Positions 19,282-29,018 of a stretch of 64,000 nt of DNA are shown piece by piece. Below the pieces are notes generated by a model that saw nothing but the letters and a program-made list of their open reading frames with translations, ran no database searches and was not told the DNA's origin. The translations under genes and the position numbers were made by a program. The stretch is from an uncultured archaeon. Its GTDB lineage: Archaea; Aenigmatarchaeota; Aenigmatarchaeia; CG10238-14; SCSR01. Positions within the stretch are counted from its first letter, which is position 1. Every line of letters begins with the position of its first letter. The stretch is taken from the NCBI GenBank assembly GCA_964537835.1, contig CAZICS010000003.1, positions 7,163 through 71,162 of the forward strand, written 5' to 3'.

Positions 19282-20139
19282 CTAAACCTTACTTAGTAAC
19301 CAGGAACCGTCACATGTAGCTGAATTAAACTCAGGAAACCCTTCTCTACAGCAAGCAAATCTCATCCCACTCCTTTCAACCTCAGCTTTTATCTTCCTCA
19401 TTAATCTCAACCTTAGTTCCTTTGGTAAGTAATAGCTTCTTCCTATCTTCTCACCTTTTTCAAAATATAAAGGTTTTAATTTTTCTGCAATTTTTGGAAA
19501 AGCTAAGCTAAATCTTTGCCAATTATCTCTTCTGACTTTATAAGTAGAGCTTGTTATGTGCTTAACTCCAATAGAAGCTAAAATCCTTATTAGTTCAGTT
19601 TGTTCATCATTCAAAAAAGGAATTATCGGGTCGACCCTTACTGCTACAGGAATTTTATTTTTAACCAGTTTTTTAACAGCTTTAATTCTTTCTGAAGCTA
19701 AAGGAGCCTTTGGCTCAAGTTTTTTAGAAAGTTCATCATCTAAAGTTGTTATAGTAAGAGCAACCATTGCTTTCATTTTCTTCAAAATATCAATATCCCG
19801 AACTACTAGAGTAGATTTGGTTATCATTTGAATTTTGCAATTTGCTTTAGAGAGAATTTCTAAACATTTTCTAGTTAGTTTAAGCTTTTTCTCCAAGCTT
19901 GGATAGGGATCTGAAGAATTAGAGATTGAAATTAGCTCGCCTTTTAACTTTTCAGTATCTCTTTTTAATCGAGGAAGTAAATTTCGCTTTGCTCTACATT
20001 CAAAAAAATTTGGTATGTAGCTTGAGGCATAGCAGTAAACGCAAGCATGCTCGCAGCCCGTATAAGGGTTTAAGGAAAGCTTGAAAGGACAAGTACAAAG
20101 CTTTGATTGCCAGGGATCGAAAGATTTTAAAACTTCCAT
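19282..20139 (-). CDS. Radical SAM protein (SplB/DNA-repair-photolyase-like family)
   Basis: CEHACVYC (CxxxCxxC) near the N-terminus, 285 aa. Confidence 0.6.
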   Translation of the reverse strand: MEVLKSFDPWQSKLCTCPFKLSLNPYTGCEHACVYCYASSYIPNFFECRAKRNLLPRLKRDTEKLKGELISISNSSDPYPSLEKKLKLTRKCLEILSKANCKIQMITKSTLVVRDIDILKKMKAMVALTITTLDDELSKKLEPKAPLASERIKAVKKLVKNKIPVAVRVDPIIPFLNDEQTELIRILASIGVKHITSSTYKVRRDNWQRFSLAFPKIAEKLKPLYFEKGEKIGRSYYLPKELRLRLMRKIKAEVERSGMRFACCREGFPEFNSATCDGSWLLSKV

Positions 20140-20298
20140 CCTATCAAACCTTTATAAATACTCTTTTCTAGCATTAAAGTATGAGTGAGCTAATTAAAAA
20201 ATTTTTGAAAAGATTTAAGCGAATTTTCCCTGGAAGCGAAGGTTTGGAAAAAGAATTGATACCTCTTAAGCCGGAGGAGCATTTAGTGCCAAGAACTA

Positions 20299-20769
20299 TT
20301 AAGAAGAAGAAAAAAGAAATTTGAGGCTAACGAGCTTATCTTCTTCCTTTCTAACCAAATACCAAGGATGATCTTTCAAGAATTCATATCCTCCCTTAGA
20401 AAGAAAATAATTCGTTTCCTTCGGGTCGATTGTATAAAGGATTGATTCTTTATTCAAATGAACACCATTAACTAAGTGTAGATGTAAAAACTTATCTAAT
20501 CTCCTCTTCACGTCTTCCTTCTTAATTTTCAATCTTTTAGACAAATAGTCAACGCTTGTATATCTTGCAAGTTTTTTGACAAGTTCTTCACTAAGTTTAA
20601 TCTCATCCTCAAGATTCTGGGCAGGAGCAAATAAAGGTTTAAGCCTATCCCTTTGCTTAAAAAGATGGCTAATTATTTTAACATTCAAATTGTCATCTAA
20701 TGAGTTTATCCAATCATTCAAAATTCCTGGAATAGCTTCTTCTAGTCTTTCATAACTTCTTTTTTTCAT
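20299..20769 (-). CDS. Hypothetical protein (start trimmed to MKKRSYERLEE)
   Basis: The long form overlaps the upstream gene by 68 nt. The internal Met at 20769 removes the overlap. Confidence 0.4.
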   Translation of the reverse strand: MKKRSYERLEEAIPGILNDWINSLDDNLNVKIISHLFKQRDRLKPLFAPAQNLEDEIKLSEELVKKLARYTSVDYLSKRLKIKKEDVKRRLDKFLHLHLVNGVHLNKESILYTIDPKETNYFLSKGGYEFLKDHPWYLVRKEEDKLVSLKFLFSSS

Positions 20770-20794
20770 GAAATAGAAAGAAATGGTAAAATTT

Positions 20795-21448
20795 TTAAAT
20801 CTTTCTATTCCAACCTGAATATTTCGCCCAAATTGCAAATTGAAATAAAGCAGGGGATACACTATGCATTCTAGCTATTTGAGAAATTGTTTTCTCGTAT
20901 GCCAAATATTCTTTTGGCTTTGGCCCACTTCGCTTTTTATAATCTGGAATTTTGACTTTATAACCCAAATCTCTTAAGAATCTTAACACATGTAGGTCTA
21001 TCGAAACTACATTTTCATAACCACATTTATTCATAAAAAAGGAAGCCCCCTTATACCAAATTCCTGGAGCCTCTCTAGCAATTCTGTCCCTTAGTTTAAA
21101 TTCATTCCTCCTCCCAAGCTTTATATCTTCAATTATCTTCTCTGGGATGTCTGTCCTTGAGTACCAACCAGCAAAATCTACCAGGAATTTAAATTTTCTG
21201 TTCGGAAATCTTAGCCTCCTAACGATTTCCTTCAGTTCATTCCTTCTCCCGATCATCCTAGCTGGAGTGTTGAATTCAGCCTTCAGAATCTCATAAACTT
21301 TCTCGTATTTCCTATATTTTTCAACAGCAGAGATTATACATTTTACACCAGCACAGAACATAGTTTCTCTAGTTACGGGAAAAACCTTTTCTTTTTCAAA
21401 TAAAACCCTTCCAATCTCTAAATCATACTCACTAAGTATAGTCTTCAT
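20795..21448 (-). CDS. HhH-GPD DNA glycosylase, Ogg2-like 8-oxoguanine glycosylase/AP lyase
   Basis: GIWYKGASFFMNKCGYENVVSIDLHVLRFL fits the HhH plus catalytic Lys/Asp pattern of archaeal Ogg. About 215 aa. Confidence 0.55.
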   Translation of the reverse strand: MKTILSEYDLEIGRVLFEKEKVFPVTRETMFCAGVKCIISAVEKYRKYEKVYEILKAEFNTPARMIGRRNELKEIVRRLRFPNRKFKFLVDFAGWYSRTDIPEKIIEDIKLGRRNEFKLRDRIAREAPGIWYKGASFFMNKCGYENVVSIDLHVLRFLRDLGYKVKIPDYKKRSGPKPKEYLAYEKTISQIARMHSVSPALFQFAIWAKYSGWNRKI

Positions 21449-21479
21449 AGAATAAGTTTCAGAATTAGCTTTTTAATTC

Positions 21480-21821
21480 TTATCCTATATAAGACTGCTT
21501 TTCTGCTGGCATTCCCCTAACTCTTATTCTCGGCCTTTTCTTGAAAAACTCTTTGTAATACTCCCAAACTCTTTTACCTTTCTCTCCGTGCAAGATTTTT
21601 ATTATTATTTCCTTAGGCCTGAAAGGTTGCTTTTCAGTAGGGCTGTAATCTATTAAAACTATATCACCAACTTTTATCTTATCCTTTAGCTTTGGATCAA
21701 CCAAATAAGTTATTATATTCTCGTCCCAAGTCTCTACCACAGCCTGAAGAGATTGGTCTGAACTACTAACTTCTTTGCCCGAAAGTATTTCCAAAACCTT
21801 CCCAACATGATAGTAAACCAT
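21480..21821 (-). CDS. Hypothetical protein ending in SYIG
   Basis: 113-aa ORF with a basic C-terminal region and terminal EKQSYIG. Confidence 0.4.
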   Translation of the reverse strand: MVYYHVGKVLEILSGKEVSSSDQSLQAVVETWDENIITYLVDPKLKDKIKVGDIVLIDYSPTEKQPFRPKEIIIKILHGEKGKRVWEYYKEFFKKRPRIRVRGMPAEKQSYIG

Positions 21822-21988
21822 AGGCTCCCTTAAATAATCTATGATTTGGAAGAATAAAATTATTTAGAAATTTTTGGTTCCTTTCTCTGGAAATGATGGA
21901 GTAACTAAACATCATTTTTATAGAAGGAGAATAAACTTTTATCTTTTCTAACTTATTTATTTATCCTTTCCAATTCTATATAGAGAAG

Positions 21989-22762
21989 ATGCCGAGAAGA
22001 AAAGGTTTGCCCGAGTGGGGAGAATTTGTCATTTGCACAGTAAAAAGGATTACTCCTTATGCTGCTTGGTGTAGCTTAGAAGAATACCCTGAAGTTGAGG
22101 GAATGATCCATGTAAGCGAGGTTGCGGGAAAATGGGTTAGGGATATAAGGAAATTTGTAAAGGTAAACAAGCAATATGTTGCAAAGGTTATCAGAATAGA
22201 TTATCAGAAAAATTTTGTTAACTTAAGCTTGAAAAGAGTGAACAAAAAAGATGAAAAAGAAAAATGGAATGCCTTTAGAAAAGAAGAGAGAGCGGAAAAA
22301 ATGCTTGAACAAGCTGCTAAAGAGTTAGGAAAAAGTTTAGATGAAGCTTATGAAGAAGTTGGATTTCTTTTGCAAGATAAATTCGGTGATTTATTTTCAG
22401 CTTTTGAAGAGATTTTTAAGAATGAAAAAGTTTTAGAAAAGGTTAATATAAATGGAAAATGGAAAAAAGCTTTGGTAGAGGTAGTTAAAAAAAGCTTTAA
22501 GGAGAAAGAAGTAAAGATTAAGGCTGAACTACAAATTAAGAATTTTTCTGGAGATGGAGTAAATCGAATTAAAAAATTATTAACAGGTCTAGAAAAAGAC
22601 TTTGGATTAAGGATCATATACCTTGGCGCACCAAGATATTTAGTTGAAATAAAAGGAAAGAATCCGAAGCAGATGGAAAAAACTTTGGTTAAAGCTCTTG
22701 ATTTTGCTGTGAAAGAAGCTAAAAAGTTAAACGGTGAAGCAAGCTACCAGTTGATAAGATGA
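21989..22762 (+). CDS. Translation initiation factor aIF2 alpha subunit
   Basis: N-terminal S1 domain (GEFVICTVKRITPYAAWCSLEEYPEVEGMIHVSEV), about 257 aa. Confidence 0.9.
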   Translation: MPRRKGLPEWGEFVICTVKRITPYAAWCSLEEYPEVEGMIHVSEVAGKWVRDIRKFVKVNKQYVAKVIRIDYQKNFVNLSLKRVNKKDEKEKWNAFRKEERAEKMLEQAAKELGKSLDEAYEEVGFLLQDKFGDLFSAFEEIFKNEKVLEKVNINGKWKKALVEVVKKSFKEKEVKIKAELQIKNFSGDGVNRIKKLLTGLEKDFGLRIIYLGAPRYLVEIKGKNPKQMEKTLVKALDFAVKEAKKLNGEASYQLIR

Positions 22763-22914
22763 AAATGAGAAAGTGTTTAAAATGCAAGCTCTATACATTC
22801 AAAGAATTTTGTCCAAAATGTAAAGAAAAGACAATAAGTCCATTACCACCTCCTTTTTCTCCTGAAGATAAATATGGAAAATATAGGAGGATGCTTTTAA
22901 AGGAAAAGAATTAA
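22759..22914 (+). CDS. nop10: H/ACA RNP protein Nop10
   Basis: Not in the ORF track (51 aa). MKMRKCLKCKLYTFKEFCPKCKEKTISPLPPPFSPEDKYGKYRR. ATGA overlap with the aIF2-alpha stop. This adjacency is conserved in archaea. Confidence 0.85.
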   Translation: MKMRKCLKCKLYTFKEFCPKCKEKTISPLPPPFSPEDKYGKYRRMLLKEKN

Positions 22915-23255
22915 TTCTTTAAAAAATTTTATTTGAATTGTGAAAGAGGATTTGGACGAAATAGCTTCTTTTGAGCCTCAAATTATGCTAATTGAGGATA
23001 TATTGAAAACGAGATGGTTAGAAGTTTATTCTTTCAGAGACGTTTCTCTTGGAATAGGCTATTGAAGAAAAGGATATAGAAAACCTCTATTTGGTTTGCG
23101 ACTTATCGAAAAAGAAAAAATTGAACAAATTTATAAAAATAAGCTTGAAAATTATCTTTGGATAAGAAAAAAATCTCGAAAAATGAATTAATAGTTCTTT
23201 CAAAAACCAAAGATATTTAAACTAAAATTTCTTATATTTTTGAAAAGGTGAGGAT

Positions 23256-23432
23256 ATGGAAGAACAGGTTGAAGAAAAGCCTGAAGAGACTCAAGCAGAA
23301 GAAACTGAAGAAGAAAAAACTGAAGAAACGGGGGAAGAAAAACCTTCTGAGGAAGCTCCTAGCGAGGAAACGAGCGAAACTGAAGAAAAGCCTGAAGAAA
23401 CAACTTCTGAAACTCAAGAACCTCAGGCTTAG
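23256..23432 (+). CDS. Possible small acidic low-complexity protein (E/T/K-rich)
   Basis: ATG preceded by aggtgagg. The GAA-rich tract is open in several frames, so the frame choice is uncertain. Confidence 0.25.
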   Translation: MEEQVEEKPEETQAEETEEEKTEETGEEKPSEEAPSEETSETEEKPEETTSETQEPQA

Positions 23433-23715
23433 TTTTTAATTTTTTTCTTTTAGATTTATTTTCACAAATTTTTCTCTCGGCTATTTAAAGTTTTTTCTAT
23501 TTCTGGAGGAAAGAAACAAGCTGGGTAAGTTTCCTCTCTCTATGGTGTCTTATGCATTCACAACAAATTCCCTTTTCTCGCAAGGTTCATAGGACAAGGA
23601 CAATTTGCTTTAATCTTTTCCAGATTCATACAAACTTTCATATTAATTTAAACCAAAAAATTTATATTTCTCCAAATTTTCAAAAATTAATCTTTTAATT
23701 TCGATTATAATTTAA

Positions 23716-24189
23716 ATGGAATCGTTTTCATCTTTTTTACCCTTGAATGAAGTAATCGATAAGGATGAAATTGTTTTATACGTTTTAAAGGAAGGGATTT
23801 TCACTCCAAGCTTTAGAGAGTTGGATATGTTTATAGAAGCTTGTGGGTTTAAGCCATTAGAGTTGAAATCTGTTCACTTCAAAGGAGAGTTGGAGGATTT
23901 GAAAAAATTTACGACTGTTTATAAGGATACTGAGAGAAATTACTTGATTCTTGAGGGCGAGTTAAAACTCATCAAAATTAAACCCAGAAATTTAGATTTG
24001 GAAATTATGATTGGAGGTGTAGTAACGAACAGATATGGATTAGTCTATCAGGATTACTCTGGAGGGTTTGAGAAAATTGACTTGGTTAGGTATGCAAAAT
24101 TTCTTAGAAAGAACTATTTCGACAAATTCATCAAAAGAGTTCTTTCATTACTTTCCAAAAAACTAGAATATTTAGATTCTATAGAATGA
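23716..24189 (+). CDS. Hypothetical protein
   Basis: 157-aa ORF, no recognised motif. Confidence 0.4.
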   Translation: MESFSSFLPLNEVIDKDEIVLYVLKEGIFTPSFRELDMFIEACGFKPLELKSVHFKGELEDLKKFTTVYKDTERNYLILEGELKLIKIKPRNLDLEIMIGGVVTNRYGLVYQDYSGGFEKIDLVRYAKFLRKNYFDKFIKRVLSLLSKKLEYLDSIE

Positions 24190-24237
24190 ATCAGTTGAAG
24201 TAAAAAATAAATGAGTTAATTTTAAAAATTTTTAAGG

Positions 24238-24462
24238 ATGGGAGGTTACTCTCTCAACCCAAGAGTAATAGAGGAAGAAATAGAAAGATTAAGAAAGTTC
24301 TTGAGGGAAAATAGAGAACTAACCTTTGAGGAAGAAGGTAGTCTCTTAGATCAAATAGAAATGCTTAAAAAAGATTTAGAGTATGTAAAAGAAATTAAAA
24401 GAAAAAAGAAGCCCATCTATTCTCCTTTTGTCATTGAAATGAAAATCAAGTATTCCAGATGA
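24238..24462 (+). CDS. Small coiled-coil protein
   Basis: 74 aa, heptad-like charged sequence. Confidence 0.35.
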   Translation: MGGYSLNPRVIEEEIERLRKFLRENRELTFEEEGSLLDQIEMLKKDLEYVKEIKRKKKPIYSPFVIEMKIKYSR

Positions 24463-24495
24463 CTTGATTTAAATTTATTTAAATCGATATATTTA

Positions 24496-25299
24496 TTGAG
24501 AATCATGGTAACAAAGATAATTGAGCTTAAAAGGCCTAAGCTTAGGAACCCTATTTTCATAGAAGGTCTGCCAGGAGTTGGGAATGTAGGAAGGATTGCA
24601 GCCGGTTATTTAGCAGAAGAGCTTAAAGCAGTTAAGTTTGCAGAATTGCTTTCCTCCCACTTCATGCCTTTCGTTCTCTTGCACCAAACTAGTGCTGTTC
24701 ATGTTTTGAAAAATGAATTCTATTATTGGAAAGCTAAGCGAAAAGGACAAAGAGATTTGATAATCCTAATAGGAGATTCTCAAAGCACTAATCAAGAAGG
24801 TCATTATGAAATCGTTGAAACAATTCTCGATTACATCAAAAAATTTGGAGTAAAAGAAATGTTTACTCTAGCTGGCCTAAGCGTGGGGGAACAAGTAAAA
24901 GAGCCAAGGGTAGTGGGAGCTGTAAGTCATCCTGAGCTAGTCAAAAAATATGCAAAGTATGGGATAGATTTTGATTCGGGTGGTAAAATAGGGACGATAG
25001 TTGGTGCTTCAGGATTGCTAATTGGTTTAGGTAAATACCATGGGATAAAAGGAGTTTGCTTGCTTGGCGAGACAGCTGGCTTTCCCATAATTCCTGACCA
25101 TAGGAGCGCTGAAGCTTTGCTCAAAGTTTTGATCAAAATTCTTAATATTAAAATTGATACTTCCAAGATAGAAAGAAAAGTTAAGGAAATGGAAGAATTC
25201 ATGAAAAAAGTTGAAAGCGTGCAAATGAAAGCTATTTCTCAGCTGTTAAAAGCACAAAGAGAAAAGCCTAAAGAAGAAAAGCTAAGCTATATTGGCTAA
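24496..25299 (+). CDS. PAC2-family (proteasome assembly chaperone-like, COG1938) protein
   Basis: N-terminal PIFIEGLPGVGNVGRIAAGYL is typical of the family. C-terminal helical tail ends in LSYIG. Confidence 0.7.
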   Translation: MRIMVTKIIELKRPKLRNPIFIEGLPGVGNVGRIAAGYLAEELKAVKFAELLSSHFMPFVLLHQTSAVHVLKNEFYYWKAKRKGQRDLIILIGDSQSTNQEGHYEIVETILDYIKKFGVKEMFTLAGLSVGEQVKEPRVVGAVSHPELVKKYAKYGIDFDSGGKIGTIVGASGLLIGLGKYHGIKGVCLLGETAGFPIIPDHRSAEALLKVLIKILNIKIDTSKIERKVKEMEEFMKKVESVQMKAISQLLKAQREKPKEEKLSYIG

Positions 25300-25337
25300 A
25301 TTAAACTTTTAAATCTTGAAAACCTAAAATTCTTGAT

Positions 25338-25922
25338 ATGCCAAGACTTTTAATATCTAAGCAAAAATATTTGGCCTCGGGCATTCACATAGGCATGAAA
25401 AGTAGAACCAAGGATATGGAGGAATTTATTTATAAGGTTAGGGCTGATGGCGTAGCTACCCTAAACCTTAAAAAAATCGATGAGAGGATAAGAGTTGCTG
25501 CAAAATTTTTAGCAAGAGCAAAAAAGATTTTGGTTGCTGGAAGATTGTTAGTAACCCACAAGATTATCAAAAAATTTGCTGAAATAGTTGGGGCTAAAGC
25601 AGTTACTGGAAGATTCATGCCAGGAACCTTAACAAACCCAAACTATAAGAAATATTTCGAGGCTGATGTAGTTCTAGTTACAGACCCTTTGATAGATAGG
25701 CAGGCTGTCAGCGAGGCTGTTAAAGCAAGAATACCGGTTGTAGCTCTTTGCGATACTTTCAATGAAACAAAAAATGTTGACTTAGTGATACCTGCTAACA
25801 ATAAGGGAAAAAGGGCTTTAGCAACACTTTTTTGGCTTTTGGCGAGGGAAATTTTGAAAGCAAGAGGAGAAATTAAATCTGATTCTCAGTTCAAGTATAA
25901 GGTTGAGGATTTTCTCAAATAG
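25338..25922 (+). CDS. rps2: 30S ribosomal protein S2 (uS2)
   Basis: YLASGIHIGMK..., VLVTDP, ALCDT blocks; 194 aa. Confidence 0.9.
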   Translation: MPRLLISKQKYLASGIHIGMKSRTKDMEEFIYKVRADGVATLNLKKIDERIRVAAKFLARAKKILVAGRLLVTHKIIKKFAEIVGAKAVTGRFMPGTLTNPNYKKYFEADVVLVTDPLIDRQAVSEAVKARIPVVALCDTFNETKNVDLVIPANNKGKRALATLFWLLAREILKARGEIKSDSQFKYKVEDFLK

Positions 25923-26001
25923 TGTTTCTTAAAAAATTTTGAGAAAAAATTTTTCTCTGATTTAATGGATTGTTATTGTCTCTCTCAAAAATTTTCTATA
26001 T

Positions 26002-26015
26002 GTTATATATATAAC
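26002..26015. repeat. Palindrome GTTATATATATAAC
   Basis: 49 bp upstream of the Sec61-beta start codon. Confidence 0.7.
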
Positions 26016-26063
26016 ACCCGTTAGCTTTAAGAATATATAGACTTAGAATAAATTAGTGATCGG

Positions 26064-26225
26064 ATGGCAAAAAAGGAAAAAATTTACATGCCGATGGGTA
26101 CTGGAGGTTTATTGAGATATAGTGAGGAAGGAAAAGAATATATAAGGATTAAACCAAAGCAATTAGTTTTTATTGCCATCGCAATAATAATTTTTGAGCT
26201 AATCCTAAAATTCTTCCTAGGTTAA
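26064..26225 (+). CDS. Protein translocase subunit Sec61-beta (archaeal SecG)
   Basis: Not in the ORF track (53 aa). MAKKEKIYMPMGTGGLLRYSEEGKEYIRIKPKQLVFIAIAIIIFELILKFFLG. GLLRY motif plus a C-terminal TM. Confidence 0.75.
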   Translation: MAKKEKIYMPMGTGGLLRYSEEGKEYIRIKPKQLVFIAIAIIIFELILKFFLG

Positions 26226-26262
26226 AACTTTATTTTTAAAATCTCATTCTAATATAGAGAGA

Positions 26263-27093
26263 ATGATTTGGTTAGGTCCTGCGGGTGTTCCAACAGTTTC
26301 AAAAGAAAGGAGTACTTTAGCTGGAATAAAAACTGTCGCTGAGCTTGGTCTGAATGCTATGGAAATTGAGTTTGTAAGAGGAGTGAAGATGGGTTTAGAA
26401 ATGGCTAGAGAAGTTGGCGAGTTAGCAAGAAAGCTAAAGATTAGGCTTTCTATTCATGCGCCCTATTTCATCAACCTTTGTTCTCAAGATGAGAAAAAGC
26501 TTGAAAATTCAAAAAGAATGATTTTAGATTCTGCAGAAAGAGCTGAAGCTATGCAAGCTGATATAGTAGTTTTCCATCCTGGCTATTACGGAAAGTTATC
26601 AACCCGAGAGGCTTTGGAAAAAGTCAAAAAAGCTTGCGAAGATTTGAGGGATAGGATGAGAAGTATGGGGATAAAAAATGTGAGGCTTGGCTTAGAAACT
26701 ATGGGAAAACAATCAACTTTTGGAACTCTAGAGGAAATAATTGAAATTTGTAGAAATGTCAAAGGTTGTGCTCCAGTTATTGATTTTGCCCATATATTTG
26801 CAAGAGAAGCTGGAAGAATTGATTACGGAAAAATTTTTGATTCAGTTAGAGTTTTAAAACTTAAACATTTGCATACTCATTTTACATGCGTTGAATTTTC
26901 TCAAGTAGCCATAGGAAAGGGAAATGAGAGGTATCATTTGGAGTTAAAGGCTAAAAAGCCTGATTTTAAGCCTTTGGCAGAAGAAATTCTAAAAAGAAAG
27001 CTCGATATCACTATAATCTCAGAAAGTCCTGTTTTAGAGCAGGATAGTTTGCGAATGAAGAAAATTTTTGAAGAGCTTGGGTATAAATTTTAG
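26263..27093 (+). CDS. nfo: Endonuclease IV (Nfo) family AP endonuclease
   Basis: IHAPYFINL and VVFHPG blocks, TIM-barrel size. Confidence 0.7.
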   Translation: MIWLGPAGVPTVSKERSTLAGIKTVAELGLNAMEIEFVRGVKMGLEMAREVGELARKLKIRLSIHAPYFINLCSQDEKKLENSKRMILDSAERAEAMQADIVVFHPGYYGKLSTREALEKVKKACEDLRDRMRSMGIKNVRLGLETMGKQSTFGTLEEIIEICRNVKGCAPVIDFAHIFAREAGRIDYGKIFDSVRVLKLKHLHTHFTCVEFSQVAIGKGNERYHLELKAKKPDFKPLAEEILKRKLDITIISESPVLEQDSLRMKKIFEELGYKF

Positions 27094-27096
27094 ATT

Positions 27097-27675
27097 ATGA
27101 AAGTTTTACCTAGAGAATTTTTTGAAAGAGATCCAGCAAGAGTTGCGAAAGAATTGCTCGGGAAAATTTTGGTTAGAAAGTTAAACTCAAAAATTCTAGC
27201 TGGAAAGATAGTTGAAACCGAAGCTTATTATGGGAAAAAAGATCCTGCTTCTAGGGCATCCAGCGGAAGACCTAAATATTGCGTAAAATTATTGTATGAC
27301 GAGCCTGGAAAGATTTTGGTTTACATGGTTCATGGTAATTGGCTTTTTAATATAATAGCTCATGAAAAGAGAAAAGTAGGAGCAGTCTTGATAAGGGCTC
27401 TCGAACCTTTAAAAGGAATAGAAGAAATGAAAAAGAATAGGAAAGTTAGGAAGATTTTCGATTTAACTAATGGTCCGGGAAAGCTTACCGGAGCTCTGAA
27501 AATAGATAAAAGATTTAATGGAATCTCTGTAACTGATAAAAATGGTGAGATAGTGATAGTTGAAGGAAAGAAAGAAAAATTTGAAATAGCAGCTTCCCAT
27601 AGAATTGGTGTAACCAAAGATTTGAAAAGGAAGCTAAGGTTTTATATTAAAGGGAATAAGTTTGTTTCTAGATAG
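27097..27675 (+). CDS. DNA-3-methyladenine glycosylase (Mpg/AAG family)
   Basis: FFERDPARVAKELLGKILVRK...ETEAYYGKKDPASRA. Confidence 0.85.
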   Translation: MKVLPREFFERDPARVAKELLGKILVRKLNSKILAGKIVETEAYYGKKDPASRASSGRPKYCVKLLYDEPGKILVYMVHGNWLFNIIAHEKRKVGAVLIRALEPLKGIEEMKKNRKVRKIFDLTNGPGKLTGALKIDKRFNGISVTDKNGEIVIVEGKKEKFEIAASHRIGVTKDLKRKLRFYIKGNKFVSR

Positions 27676-27772
27676 AGAAATTCAAAAACTTCTTTTCAAT
27701 CCTTATACTTATTTTTTGTACGCTCAAGGATTAGAATTCAATTTCTTAAACTTGAAAAATACTTAGAAATTT

Positions 27773-28261
27773 ATGGAAGAGCTCTATAAACAAATCAAAG
27801 AAGCTCATGAAAAGAGGGATTTTAAAAAATTGTTTGAATTTGTTTTAAATGCTTCCAAGAAAATCAAAGAAAAAATTTTGAAATTATGGGAAAGGGTTGT
27901 AATAGAAAAGAGAATTAGCTGGCTTAATGAAAATCTTGAAAGATTAAGGACAGGAAATCCTATAGAGGATGCTTTAAACATTTTTTATAAAACTTATCTT
28001 GGGATTTCTCCAGAGAAAGATGGAGAAATTCTTGAAAAAAGTGAAAGAAAGTTGGTTACAAGATGGTGGAATAAATATCCCATACTTGAAAATTGTGAAA
28101 AATTTGGTTTGGATACAAGAGAGACTTGCAAAAAAGTTTATGAGAAGCCGGCCCAAATTTTTCTCTCCAAAATTAATCCAAATCTAAAGTTTAGAAGACA
28201 CTATGAATTAATAAGACCCCATGCTCCTTTCTGTGAGGAAATAATAACTTATGAGGAATGA
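27773..28261 (+). CDS. Hypothetical protein
   Basis: 162 aa. C-terminal Cys pair. No firm family call. Confidence 0.4.
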   Translation: MEELYKQIKEAHEKRDFKKLFEFVLNASKKIKEKILKLWERVVIEKRISWLNENLERLRTGNPIEDALNIFYKTYLGISPEKDGEILEKSERKLVTRWWNKYPILENCEKFGLDTRETCKKVYEKPAQIFLSKINPNLKFRRHYELIRPHAPFCEEIITYEE

Positions 28262-28994
28262 TTATTTGAGGCTACCTTTCAATCCAATTAAAAGAGCCGA
28301 AGAAGTTGAAGAGATGGTAATGCAAGGTTTAAAAAGAAAATATTATCGCTTTAGGTATGCAAGGTATTATGGAGGAATAGCTACTTTAGATGCTGTAGGC
28401 TGCTGCTTGCTCTGCGCTTTTTGTTGGAACTATTTCAGAAACTTAAATCCAGAAAAATATGGAAAGTTTTATTCTGCTCAAGAAGCCAGCGAAAAAATTT
28501 TAAAAATTGTAGAGAAGAAATGGGTTAATAAAGTTAGGGTTAGTGGAGCTGAACCAATCCTAGGCAGAAAATCTTTTAGGCATTTAATTAATTTGATTGA
28601 ATTAATCCTTGATAAAAAATCGGAAATTACTTTTATTTTAGAAACTAATGGGATAATTTTAGGTTATCGAGAAAATTTCTGCAAGAGATTGGCTAATTAT
28701 CCAATTCTAGTTAGAGTTTCTTTAAAAGGTTGGGATGAGAAAAGTTTTGAGCTTATTTCTGGAGCAGAAGGAAAATATTTTAAATTCCCTTTGATCGCAC
28801 TCAAAAATTTAAGGGATTATGGCGTTGAAGCATGGCCAGCTATCATGCACGAAATTTTTGGAAAAGAGGGTAGGGGAAAAATTAGGGAAAAACTTAAGGA
28901 ATTTGGGATTAGTGAAATTGAGGAAGAATATTTAGAAGCTTATCCCTTTGTTCTCAAAAATTTAAAGAAAAGAGATGTTAAGATAAAATATTAA
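28251..28994 (+). CDS. Radical SAM-like protein
   Basis: CCLLCAFC cluster (CxxxCxxC) about 50 aa from the N-terminus. Confidence 0.5.
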   Translation: MRNDYLRLPFNPIKRAEEVEEMVMQGLKRKYYRFRYARYYGGIATLDAVGCCLLCAFCWNYFRNLNPEKYGKFYSAQEASEKILKIVEKKWVNKVRVSGAEPILGRKSFRHLINLIELILDKKSEITFILETNGIILGYRENFCKRLANYPILVRVSLKGWDEKSFELISGAEGKYFKFPLIALKNLRDYGVEAWPAIMHEIFGKEGRGKIREKLKEFGISEIEEEYLEAYPFVLKNLKKRDVKIKY

Positions 28995-29018
28995 AGGCAA
29001 TTAGTTTAATTTTCTTTT

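Noticed and set aside
22940-23191. 83-codon frame with a single in-frame TGA (23063-65), considered as possible UGA recoding or selenocysteine.
   Set aside because: TGA terminates many well-supported genes here, for example aIF2-alpha at 22760-62 and the ORFs ending at 2369, 3442 and 5586. I saw no SECIS-like structure. It is more likely a small pseudogene or chance ORF.
23232-23439. Basic K/R-rich (+) and F/S/R-rich (-) ORFs over the GAA-rich tract.
   Set aside because: The purine-rich periodic tract is open in several frames. Only the acidic frame (23256-23432) has an ATG with an upstream aggtgagg, and even that call is low confidence.
23480-23645. Minus-strand small Cys-rich frame (MKVCMNLEKIKANCPCPMNLARKGNLL stop, then ICCECIRHHRERK in another frame).
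   Set aside because: It needs a frameshift to make sense, is under 60 aa and has no recognisable family. It is left unannotated.
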